Source: Octopus bimaculoides
Taxonomy: Eukaryota
Reading direction: 5' to 3'
Length of the DNA: 64,000 nucleotides
NCBI RefSeq assembly: GCF_001194135.2
Contig: NC_068981.1
Coordinates: forward strand, 173,491,293-173,555,292
Of the stretch, positions 25,409-37,400 are shown one piece after another. The translations under genes and the position numbers were made by a program. Every line of letters starts with the position of its first letter. Within the stretch, counting starts at the first letter, position 1. The notes beneath the pieces are model-generated. The model did not search any database. It was not told the DNA's origin and saw only the letters and a program-made list of their open reading frames with translations.

Positions 25409-26031
25409 GCATTAAACATGAATAATTACAGAGGTATCAAGTTGTTGGATCAGGTAATGAAAAAAGCCTTTGACAGGTTCCCCGATCCCTTATCTGGCGG
25501 AAACTAGGGATAGATGAGTGGTTAGTGAGAGCTGTACAAGCCATGTACAGGGATGCTGTCAGTAAGGTGAGGACTGGCAATGAGTATAGTGAAGAATTCC
25601 TGGTAGGGGTAGGGGTCCACCAAAGATCAGTCCTCAGCCCCCTCTTAATCATCATAGTCCTCCAGACAATAACAGAGGAATTCAAGACAGGATGCCCCTG
25701 GGAGCTTCTCTATACTGATGACCTTGCTCTAATAGCTGAGTCACTATCAGAACTAAAGGAGAAGTTTCAGATGTGGAAGCAAGGTCTAGAATTGAAGGGC
25801 CTTAGAGTCAATCTAGCAAAAACCAAAGTCTTAATAAGTAGGAAGGCAGACAAATCACAAATCCCTTCAGGTAGATGGCCCTGTGCGATCTGTAGAAAAG
25901 GTGAAGGTAGAAACTCCATGAGATGTACCCGGTGTAAGCTATAGACACAAAAGGTGCAGCAATATCAAAAGAAGGCTAACTGGGAAGATAGTTTTTGTGT
26001 GTGGCAAATGCTCAAGGGCAATAAACATCTG
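25409..26031 (+). mobile_element. RTE-clade LINE reverse transcriptase fragment
   Basis: RGIKLLDQVMK/KAFDR (internal deletion), VGVHQRSVLSPLL, ELLYTDDLAL (YADD-like), KGLRVNLAKTKV, then Cys-rich CAICRKG...CTRC. Contains stops. Confidence 0.9.
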
Positions 26032-26119
26032 ACACGTGTCTCCATATGTGTCCTTGTGTGAAGTAAAGTGTGTGTGTATATATGGTCATGTGTTTCAGTC
26101 TCCATTTGCGTATGTATGC

Positions 26120-26510
26120 TTGTCTGTTCATATAACCTATGTACCTATCCGCCTGTATGTTGATCTGTTTATTTTCATATCCATATGCTTACATACATGT
26201 GCATATACACATATATACCCACACACACACATACATACATCTATCTACATAACAGCCCACTAACTATTCTACTCTACCTGTGTAAACTATGGGTATGGAG
26301 GTATGATATCTACTATGTATATTTCCTATTTAGTATTACCCACAGTTTACACAGGTAGAGTAGAATAGTTAGTGGGCTGTTATAGACAGATGTATGTATG
26401 CATGTGTGTGGGTATATATGTGTATATGCACATGTATGTAAGCATATGGATATGAAAATAAACAGATCAACATACAGACGGATAGGTACATAGGTTATAT
26501 GAACAGACAA
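26120..26510. repeat. Long inverted repeat (176/174-bp arms, 41-nt spacer)
   Basis: 26120-26295 versus the reverse complement of 26337-26510: 5 substitutions and one 2-bp indel. The ORF track shows the same peptide on both strands. Confidence 0.95.
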
Positions 26511-27244
26511 TCTGCAAATCTCCCCCCCCCCCCCCCCACATACATATATATATACACGTATATATGCTTTAGAATTCAGTGTTAGGCAAGTACAGATCAT
26601 AATATGAATTATTGAATGACAAGGGAATAAATATTTTTGCAATATGAAGCTGTGCACTCAGAGTTGAGTGTTTGTGCAACATCTTACAGCTTCCTCAGAG
26701 CACTCAGCTGAGTTTGCACTGCTTCTTGTAGCAGAAACAATTGTAAGCTAATGAAGTTGATTACTTAATTCTTGTTCCCTTGTCATCCAATAATTCAAAT
26801 ATTATATTAATGATAATAATGATGATGATGATGATGATGATGATGATATAATATATATGACTGTATTGTTATTAGTAAGAAATACAGAAAGAAGCATTGG
26901 GAGGGTAAAATAACATTGTACAGCAATGCCAGGGCTGAATTAAATGAAGTAAGATTTATTCCCAAGCTCCACTGCTTATCTGTACTTTAAAGAAAATAAG
27001 GGATCAGAGGTTAGAAATTAGACTTTATGGCTTCAGATATTAAATTATGTGGGCTACTTGAAGATACGCAAAGAGATATGCTATGATCCCTCCAAGCATG
27101 GGAACAAATTGCTGGCACCACATTGTAGCTACTACATGATTGGATTTGGCCTACCATATCACTAACTCCTGTATGGGCATTTGAGAAAATGCCAAATAAT
27201 GTGCTATCAACATACAGTGAAAAATACACTTTAAAGGATGAAGA

Positions 27245-27270
27245 GTAGTAGTAGTAGCAGCAGCAGTAGC

Positions 27271-27311
<41 letters not shown>

Positions 27312-27375
27312 GATGATGATGATGATGATGAGGATGATGGTGATGAAGAAGAATATGGAGGTGATAATGGTGATA
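27245..27375. repeat. (TAG)n/(GAT)n trinucleotide microsatellite
   Basis: Direct inspection. Confidence 0.9.
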
Positions 27376-28203
27376 GCAATAATAATCAAATTAACTTGCA
27401 TAGTTTAGCGTAGGTTTCCAATGCTAATACTATAATATAAACCAACTGGCACCTGTAACTTCTGGTAGTGACAGTGGCTCTAATAATAGAATTTCATTTG
27501 TTGATTCTCTCAACATTTGTCTTGAACTACTTTTTGGGCCAGCAATGAAAAACTCTATTCCTTGCTTGACCTGCTAGACATAGCAGCAACATCACCCTCA
27601 AATCAGACATTCTATCAGCTTACATGAGAATGGTACACATTGGATGATGTAATCCTATGTACCCTTAAAAAGATAAGGTGGTGACAGCCGGAATTCTTTC
27701 TATCATAGGTCTACTGGATGTAAAGGTTAATCTAGGACTAAACAATAAGAATAACCACTACTGCCACTGCCACCACCACATATTCAGGCAGACTGTTCCA
27801 TGTATTATGTATAATGTTACTGATGACGATGGAAATGCTGATGATAATGATGATGTTGAGGATGATGAATATAATGATGGTGGTCGTGGTGGCAGTGACA
27901 AATGCATGTTTTTATTCCTTGTTTTACAATAGTGTCAATTACAGTTATATTTTAGCAATGGATTACTGCTTGGGTGGTAGACTTAACCAGCTGCATACTT
28001 TAACATCACCATCTGGAACCTGGGGTGCCTTTAGTGAAGTCCACTCTGTTACAAACATTCATATTAGGTCATCAGTTAAAGGATACCTCCCTTACTCTCT
28101 CCCATCAGTCTGGGAAGCCATGTAAAGGGTCATAAGCATTGCCTTTCCACTTGATTGAAAGATGACAAAAAAATAAATAAACAAATAAAAATGAGCAACT
28201 TAC

Positions 28204-28401
28204 CGAGTCATTTTGTGAACGGATGGTGAGGTATCCTGGATGATGTTCCACATCTAATGACAAAGGTGCTGGCGGATGAACACAAACATTATTCTTACTA
28301 TAGACTATTTCGCCATCAAGTGGTGGAGGCCTTAAGGTATCAGTATTACTGAAACCCAAGAAATTTGATGCCTTGCGGAACATGCTGCCGAAGCCAGCCA
28401 T
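28204..28401 (-). CDS. TBC1D16: TBC1 domain family member 16, first recognisable coding exon (exon with acceptor spans 28204-28508)
   Basis: Translation MAGFGSMFRKASNFLGF...LDGEIVYSKNNVCVHPP...EHHPGYL matches the recalled TBC1D16 N-terminus (LDGEIIYSKNNVCVHPP...HHPGYL). Acceptor tttatgcag ends at 28509; donor TCG|GTAAGT after 28204 (phase 0). The start ATG at 28401 is inferred because the frame is open back to the acceptor. Confidence 0.9.
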
Positions 28402-30951
28402 ACTGGGTGTAAGGCTGCCACTTCTTACCTTTTCATTAAAACCCAATGGTGATTTGGAATCGGCTGGTTCTCGCTTTTTTGCAGGTGATTCATACTTTTG
28501 CCGGGGCGCTGCATAAAATAAAAACAAAAGGAAAATTTTTTAAAAATTATAAAATTAAGATAAATCCATCTATGTGTCTATTTGTGTATAAATGGTCATG
28601 TGTGGATAATAAAAAAGAAGTCTGAGGAAGCAGGTAATGATTTGTAAAAGCTAAAAATTCTTTAAATAAAGTTAACAAATCTGGGTATATTTGAATGTTT
28701 TGGGGAAAGATGAATATTAATGATTTGAGGAAAGATCCTACTTTAGAGAGATAAATTTAAGCTGTTTAGGGTAACAGAGTAAATAAGCTTTGATTTATTT
28801 GCTCAGGTTTATCCCAAACAGTTATATTTCTCTCTTTGAAGAAGGGCTGCTTTGCTCAAAATGTCAGTACTCACATCTTCCCATATGAGCATACCCAAAC
28901 TTGCAAACTCTATTGAATATGTGTACATATGTGTACATTCAATTATAGAATAAGCTAAGTAACACCAGAATATTGTTGGTAGAGAGAAGGGTAATGATTT
29001 AAGAAATACAGTAACACATATACACATTTTATTTTATCAATTTTTTTTTTTTTGCTAGCATTTTGAGAAGAATGGTTGCTCTTAGTCTAGTGGAGAGGGT
29101 GAGAGTTTTGATGCAAAAAAGAGGAGTAGTATAAGTAAGATTCAGTTAGTTAATATGGATTTAGATGTCTGAAAGTTGATAGGTTGCATGGCCAGATTTG
29201 TGATGGCTTAGGCTCTTTCAGAATCATCCATTCTCCTTGGAATGAGGGAAAATATAGGTTTTGCACTATAAACAGTTACCTGCAAAAGTATCAATTTTTT
29301 GTTACAAAGGTTTTCAAAGTACCTTCATGATAATTAATGAAAATGCTGCCAATAATTTAAAGAAATTCAAGAAGTATAGACTGTGAGTTTCAGACATTAG
29401 ATTGTTGAAATCCAAACTCCAGACAAGCTACACCATTGGAGAGAATTCACTTCTAAGTTTGTCTCCATCTCCCAAGCTGAAAACACAATGTTTTGCAAGA
29501 TCATGCTTGAGTCGTTAATGGTTCAGTTTTTATATATATGACATGGTTGTGTGTTTAACTAGTTTGCTTCACATCCACACACTTTATGGTCCAGTATTAC
29601 TCTGCAGTACCTTGGGCAAGTATCTTTTATTATAGCCCCATGCTGAGCTATGGTAGACAGAAACTGCTTGTGAGTGTGCATGCAAATGTGCATGAATGCA
29701 AATACTCCTTGGTTTTACTTGTTAGTATTATGACTGCTTGCTCCAAACTTTTAAAGTCTTGAATAAAAAAAAATCCCTCACTTGAAAACAGGCAAGGGTT
29801 GACAATCGGAAGAGCACCCTACTTTAAATAAATACTTGTCCAACCCATTCTAGCCTATTAAAACAAATGAATGAATATATTATATATTGGTTTCAAATTT
29901 TGGTACAAGCCAGGAAGTTTGAAGATTGGGGTAAATCAATTATATCAACACCATGCTCAACTGGTACTTATTTTATTGACCCTGAAAGTACGAAATGCAA
30001 AATCAACCTCAGTAGAATTTGAACTCAGAATGTAAGGATGAATGAAATACTGCTAAGTATTTAACCTGGCATATTAACGATTCTGCCAGCTTGCCACCTT
30101 AAATGAATATATTATATATTACTGGTCATACCTATCTTAAAATGATGAAAAGCAAAATTGGCCAAATTGTGATCTGAACTCAGAACAGTGAGGTACCAAT
30201 TGAGTTATTACAATAAAGATAGTCTGATACTCTGTTGCCACATCCATACCAAACTTATTGATTTCTTCTGATTTGGCAAGAGGCCAATTGTTCGAGGAGA
30301 GGGGAAATAGTAACTTGAATATATATTTGTGTAGGAGAGATATTTATTTTATTGTCCTTGGAGGAATTAATGGAAGAGTCAACCTTGGTGTGAGATATCA
30401 TTAGCAAGATACCAAACAAGTTATGGCAGAGTGAGTAGTCTAGCACACTACTACATCTACTAAACCCATTTTCTAACATATTATTTTTTTCCTTTCTTGG
30501 ACCATGAACAAAGAATTTATATAGGAGTGGTGATCAGCAGTATGATTTCATGCCTTTCTCATGCATTTGCAACCCAAGTGAGGTAAAATAACTTCTGCTG
30601 AGGTGTAGAACTGCTTCTCATTCTGGACTTACTGCTTATTCTATAATGTTCTCAGTTCCAAAGTACATACCCATCAACCTAATATATTGTAAGTATAACT
30701 AGCATTGTGTGTGAGACATATATGAGCAAAAGTAGATTTAAATTTCATATTTTCCTAAATGTGGTATTTTTTTTCACAAAAAAGAAAGAAAAAAAAGCAA
30801 TCAATAGGCACAGATATGGCAGTGTGGTAAGAAGTTTGTTTCCCAACCACATGGTTCTGAGTTTCAGTTCCACTGTGTGGCACCTTGGGCAAGTGTCCTC
30901 TACTATAGTCTTGTGAGTGGATTTGGTAGATGGAAACTGAAAGAATTTTGT

Positions 30952-30996
<45 letters not shown>

Positions 30997-31779
30997 NNNN
31001 NNNNNNNNNNNNNNNNNNNNNNNNNNNNNNNNNNNNNNNNNNNNNNNNNNNNNNNNNNNNNNNNNNNNNNNNNNNNNNNNNNNNNNNNNNNNNNNNNNNN
31101 NNNNNNNNNNNNNNNNNNNNNNNNNNNNNNNNNNNNNNNNNNNNNNNNNNNNNNNNNNNNNNNNNNNNNNNNNNNNNNNNNNNNNNNNNNNNNNNNNNNN
31201 NNNNNNNNNNNNNNNNNNNNNNNNNNNNNNNNNNNNNNNNNNNNNNNNNNNNNNNNNNNNNNNNNNNNNNNNNNNNNNNNNNNNNNNNNNNNNNNNNNNN
31301 NNNNNNNNNNNNNNNNNNNNNNNNNNNNNNNNNNNNNNNNNNNNNNNNNNNNNNNNNNNNNNNNNNNNNNNNNNNNNNNNNNNNNNNNNNNNNNNNNNNN
31401 NNNNNNNNNNNNNNNNNNNNNNNNNNNNNNNNNNNNNNNNNNNNNNNNNNNNNNNNNNNNNNNNNNNNNNNNNNNNNNNNNNNNNNNNNNNNNNNNNNNN
31501 NNNNNNNNNNNNNNNNNNNNNNNNNNNNNNNNNNNNNNNNNNNNNNNNNNNNNNNNNNNNNNNNNNNNNNNNNNNNNNNNNNNNNNNNNNNNNNNNNNNN
31601 NNNNNNNNNNNNNNNNNNNNNNNNNNNNNNNNNNNNNNNNNNNNNNNNNNNNNNNNNNNNNNNNNNNNNNNNNNNNNNNNNNNNNNNNNNNNNNNNNNNN
31701 NNNNNNNNNNNNNNNNNNNNNNNNNNNNNNNNNNNNNNNNNNNNNNNNNNNNNNNNNNNNNNNNNNNNNNNNNNNNNNN

Positions 31780-31832
<53 letters not shown>

Positions 31833-34800
31833 TACATACAACCAAGAACCACAGTAACAACAAAAATTGATAGACAAATAAAAACACAAAGAAAAAAACT
31901 TGTAAAGCCATATGACCAACTTAAAAGAAGCAAAATTTCAATATTACCAAAGTTTTAACAAATGTTTTAAAAATATTAAATATAATTACGATATTCAATT
32001 AGACTTGCAGAATGATTAAAAGTTTGTGAAGGTAAACACACAGATGTCTGAAATATCCATTTTGTTGTTGTTGCTGATACTTTAGCAGAAAATTTGTTAA
32101 AATCTAACAAATTAAACTAAATTTTGAGGTTTGGCTCACCAAGTAGAGTTATAAAAATGTCAATGTTTTAATTTCAATGTTCCGTCCAACCCATGCCAGC
32201 ATGGAAAACAAATGTTAAACGATGATTATGTTCTTGTCTTTTGGATTTACAATCTAGGGATGGGGTAGGGACCAGGCTTATCAAGTAAAAAAAAGGACAG
32301 ACTACTAAAATATTTTGCTTTACTTCACTCACTACCATCAACAGTACTGGACCATGCATTTGTTGTTACAAATCATCAAAGAATACCACGTACAATATGC
32401 TGGATATGTTAGTTTACAAGCTGTTGCTTTTCCGTTTTATGAATCTCCTTAAAGAATCCAAGAGAGAGAAAGAGTGAGGAAGTAGGAAGTGTGTGGTGAA
32501 GTGGAATAAAGAAAGAATAAATCAAGACAGAGTAGTAAGAAGAAATAGAGACAAAGAGAATAATGGTGGGGTGGGTTTCCAAAAAACAAAAAAAAAAAAG
32601 GATTGATTTGTAAGAAACTTAAATTTATGATTTTAAACAAACATCAAGAAAACTCTTTTAAAAATTTCAGTCATGTTTTCTTCCCAATTATTGGTATAAA
32701 AATATAAATAAAAATAAAATGAGAGAGAAAAAAAAAAAAATGACAAAATACACTTTGGAAAGTAATACTAGATCACTAGAATACTACAACACGGACTACC
32801 CACTGTCAAATCTGGAGAGTTATTGATTTTTAGCACAAGCAACAACCAACCAATCAATATAAGTGCCAGTGGTAAAGCAGTGAAGAGAAAATTACTATAA
32901 GATACAACAGTGAGAGCAAGAGGAGGAGGAGGAGGAGGAGGGAATAATTCAGTAAAATTTACAACTAAGACTTGCTGTTGTAAGGCTAATGATGTCAATA
33001 TTACTACGTCTTTCTCGCCTGCTTATTTAGGTATATTAGTACTTATCTCACCATTCTAGAGAAATCTAGTTGAATTAAAAGTTACTTATGATTTAATATA
33101 ATGAATTTGCTTAAACTAATGCTTATTTACAGTTAGGGGGTTGAGAAAATTGATGCTACTAAAGTATTTCATATCAATCACTTTACAAATTAACCTCATT
33201 CTTGGTCGATCCAACAAAGTGGCCCCTACATGGTCACTTAAACTGCTAAAAATAGCAGCTAAATCTCTCTAAAATCACAACCTTATTCTCTTAAAGAAAG
33301 CAGAACACATTGGATATAATATGATCTTAGAAACAGTATATCAGAATAAAAGCTGAGATAGTTGAGGCTGGAATAGCTATGACCATATGTTTGCTGGTCA
33401 GAGCTGACCTGAGGGTAAACTGCTACATTCTTAGTATGAGAAAATATTAGCAAGGCATAGAAAAAATGCCTAAAAGATTGCTTTAAAAAATTTGAAAAGA
33501 ATAGAAAAAATATAACATATAAATATTTTAAAAAATATATTCAAAGTATAAGATAAACAAGAAACAAGAAAATAACAATATATATACATATATATATACT
33601 GAGATAAGTAAGGATAAAAAATTAACTGAAAATTAGTTTCTCATTTTGTATCTATCTAATTAAGGATTTCAGTGTTTTTAATGGAATACATTTCCAGCCT
33701 GTTGCTTTTACACTTCTAGAAATTACAAACTGTGTCCCAGCAAATAAGACAGCCTCTCTGTAATACAGTTGCTTGATCTGCTGAAAATAGCAGCCAATCT
33801 CCATCAAATCACACCTAAAGACTTAACAAAAAGGGACACATTGGATAATATAATCTGGGGGTATACTTTACCTGAAAAAAATATAATGTAAAAATGACAG
33901 GGCGGTCATGACTGGAATGCTTTTTATCATAGATCATCTCAGTCAGGGCCGACTTGGGGTTAAACAACAACAACAACAACAACAATAACAGAATCTAATA
34001 AACTTTCTGCAATATGGACCACTGAAAATTCAACAAAGCCGAGAGTTGTCACAAGATGTTTCAATAGGAAATGGGCAAGGGTGATTAAATTATCATGTGA
34101 CTACACAGCACATTGGAATAGATGGAGAAAAAATGAGTTAGGAAATGTATTTATGTAGAAATTGATTGATTTAGTCATTAAGTTACAGTGGTTTTCTTTT
34201 GTAATTTATAAAGATGTTCAATCAACTAATATTATAATACTTATGACTACTTACTGAAAAAGCTTAGAAAGTAGCTGTCCATTTTTAAGCCTCAGATCTT
34301 AACATTTGTTCTTATAATACTTTAGCTGGATATGTTATTTGTACTTCATTAACAGGACATAACTGAATGAGAAACAGTGAGTAAGAACATTTAATATAAA
34401 TGAAATAAATATACGACACCATTCTAATTATTATTCTTATACCCAGTAACATCCTCATCCCGTTGTCCAACATCTCTCCACTCCTTTAACTTCATCATCA
34501 CAAACATCTCCACTAGAAATAATAAATAACACAGCTACCACCACTACCTCCAGCATTATCATTACTACCACGGCTGATGCTTGCAACATCATCACCATCA
34601 CTATTATCAGCATGAGCATACTCATCACTATCACAGCTTCCACCACCACTACTGCCTTCATCACTAGCACTGCCACCATCAATACTGCCCACCCAATATT
34701 ATCAATAATTATGCTACCCTACAAACATCTTTCTCTTCCATACCCTTCCATAACAATGACTATTCTATTTTTATTTCCAAATACATGTAAATATTACAGT

Positions 34801-35039
34801 TTTGTAGTAGCCATTCAATCCTACTTAGGACTGCTTAGGATATCTAATACAATATTTAGGACATATTTAAAAGAAGATATTTATTTATAATCACTACTGC
34901 ATAAATATGTAACTTATTTTGTATAGATTTCCTTACGTGTCATGGTTGGTTAAATCTGATGTTCTTTGGTATTTACTGGTAAGAAGGAAACATTGGATTT
35001 AACTTAGCATCGCACTCAGTAACATAAACATATTGCACT

Positions 35040-35345
35040 CCCCAAAAATCAAAATATTAGGAATTAACTACAACTCTTCTACAACATTCACATCGCACAT
35101 ATAAGATATAATAAAAAAAGGGGTGAAATGATGTACAAGCTCACCAAAACCAGAAAGAGGCATTACTTTTAATGAACACAAAGGAATAGCAACACTAAAG
35201 CACAAACAATACATTAGACCCATCATAGATTATGCCAATTTTACCTGCACCCAATCTCTCTGCAACAAGCTACAGAAAACTACAAACTCAAAACCAGATA
35301 TTGTGCCTTAATGCAGATTGCACACATACCACTAACACAATGAAA
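35040..35345 (+). mobile_element. Decayed I/Jockey-like LINE, RT C-terminal region
   Basis: KQYIRPIIDY...PNLSATSYRKLQTQN (cf. YKxxIRPxxxYAxPxW...KLQxxQN). Confidence 0.55.
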
Positions 35346-37004
35346 GAAAAATATTCTGTGTCGATAAGGAAGCTTCTATGTAGTTGTTTGACTAGCAAGA
35401 AATTGCAGCCAAATTTTCCTCAAATATTACCCTACCATAAAAAAAAAAAAAGATAACGATACAGGGTATATTAATATTGAATATAATATGCTAGAGATGA
35501 ATATGGGATAATCACTGAAGCATGGTCAGAAAATTTTTCGTTTTTTAAAATATTTTAATTTTTTATTTTGCCACAGAAATATTTTTCCATTGCATGTAAA
35601 CACAGTCAGAGAACGACAACCATGATAAAGCCATGACTCTGCAGGAAATGGCTTATAAACTGCAGAGGAATAGCAGCTGTTGAACTCTTAGTTAACCTTG
35701 CTTGCTTCTACTGTGGTCACTGCACAGAAATAGATGGGATAGTGGAAAGAGATCAACAAGTGTAGACTGTCATGCTACACTCCACATGAGTCATCACAGT
35801 ATGGTAGAATGTGCAGCATGGACTTCAGTTAGGTGAAGGCATGATATAACTTGAAAGATCTGCACCTCATTGTTTATCCAACTATCTGTGTGCCATAAGT
35901 TGACTTGATCAGAGCAGAACTGGGTCTTTACAGCAACAACAAAAATATTTCAAATGTAAATCCTTTTGTTGCTTTAAACTACAACCATTACGGTACTTGC
36001 TGCTACAACCACCCCAAACACCCAGGCACATTTACAACACCCAAACACATTTGAAACCTTCCAGCTACATTTGCACAACCCAAATACATTAACAGCTCTC
36101 CAGAAACATTAACAACAGCATGAAATAAGAAGGAAGCTTCTCTATGGTTACTCAACAAGTTAGAAATAACTACCAAATTTTCCTCAGATCACACCCTACT
36201 GTCTTATGAAAGATACATTGAACAATGTACTCTCTGATATATAAAAAAAATGAGATGGTCATAACTTAGACATCCTTGATCATATGTCTGCTCAGTCAGG
36301 GCTGACAAGGAACTGAACAACTATAACAACTACATTGACAAAATAGTTACGTGGTAGCCCAACCTGAAAGAGAAACTGCTAAATATCCTTCAAATAACAC
36401 CTCACCATATTAAAATAAAAAAAAAAGAAAAACCCACATTAGATAATATAGTTCTAGATGCATTGTATGCAGCACTTACATGGGATGGTCATAGTTGGAA
36501 TGTTTAGTTCAGTGAGGGTGAACTGAGCTAAACAACAAAAATAACAAAGCTACATCAAAAACATTACCCCCCACAAACCCACCCACCCCATCCACCCACA
36601 CACACACACAATCCACAAAAATAAAGCATAAAGAATATAAAGAACAGCAGCTGTATCAATAACTTCATTAGACCCAAACAATGTTTTGGGATGCTTCCTT
36701 GTACCCAGAATTAAATGCATATGAACATTAAATGTAATATACTAATATATTGATTCCAACTTGCCACTTCTGTTGTGTTCATCCCCCCCCCCCCAGAACT
36801 TATTGGTGTATAGACTAGACAGTTGTACAAAATCAACACATTTGTGCTGCCATATGGTACTTCAGATTTTGGGTAGTTGCAGCTGAAACTGGACATATAA
36901 CTATGATGTAATAGACTTCATCAATTATTTAAAAGTTGATAAAAGTAATAATTTAAATTACAACCAAACGTGATAGTAAGCAAATGGTATTGTTAGTTTA
37001 TCTT

Positions 37005-37400
37005 TGGGTGGGTGCCAGAAAGTAGAGTTAAACTTTTGGCATGCTAAGCAAAGACTGACCTTTCTCTTCAGGACTAGAAAATACTTTAGCACCTTATCAA
37101 CTACTCACTCCCTACAACGCTCATGTGAGACCCACAATGGTGTCTCCCACATCCGAGACAGTAATTCTGCTATAGACATTCCAGATCATATCTAGAGAAA
37201 GGTTACTCAACTGATTGATATGAAGTCACTTATAAACATACCCCAGCCTCCAACCCACAGACACTGTCTCGCCTCTCTACCTTTTTCTACTATAACTACA
37301 ATGGCTTCTGCTTTTTGGAGTTGGCTGGTCCTGTGTCACACTCAATTCACTCACCTCTCCTACTCTCATTATCCCATGTTATGCCCATCTCCCTGCTGCC
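37005..37400 (+). mobile_element. Decayed CR1/Jockey-group LINE fragment
   Basis: LYNAHVRPTM...SHIRD...DHI...QLID...HRHCLASL, resembling LYKAQVRPxxEY.SHIW...LDxIQ...HRRxVAxL. Confidence 0.55.

Noticed and set aside
32768-32998. 76-aa hydrophobic, poly-Pro ORF
   Set aside because: Derives from a (CCT)n tract and T-rich sequence, starts within low-complexity DNA, and has no recognisable homology.
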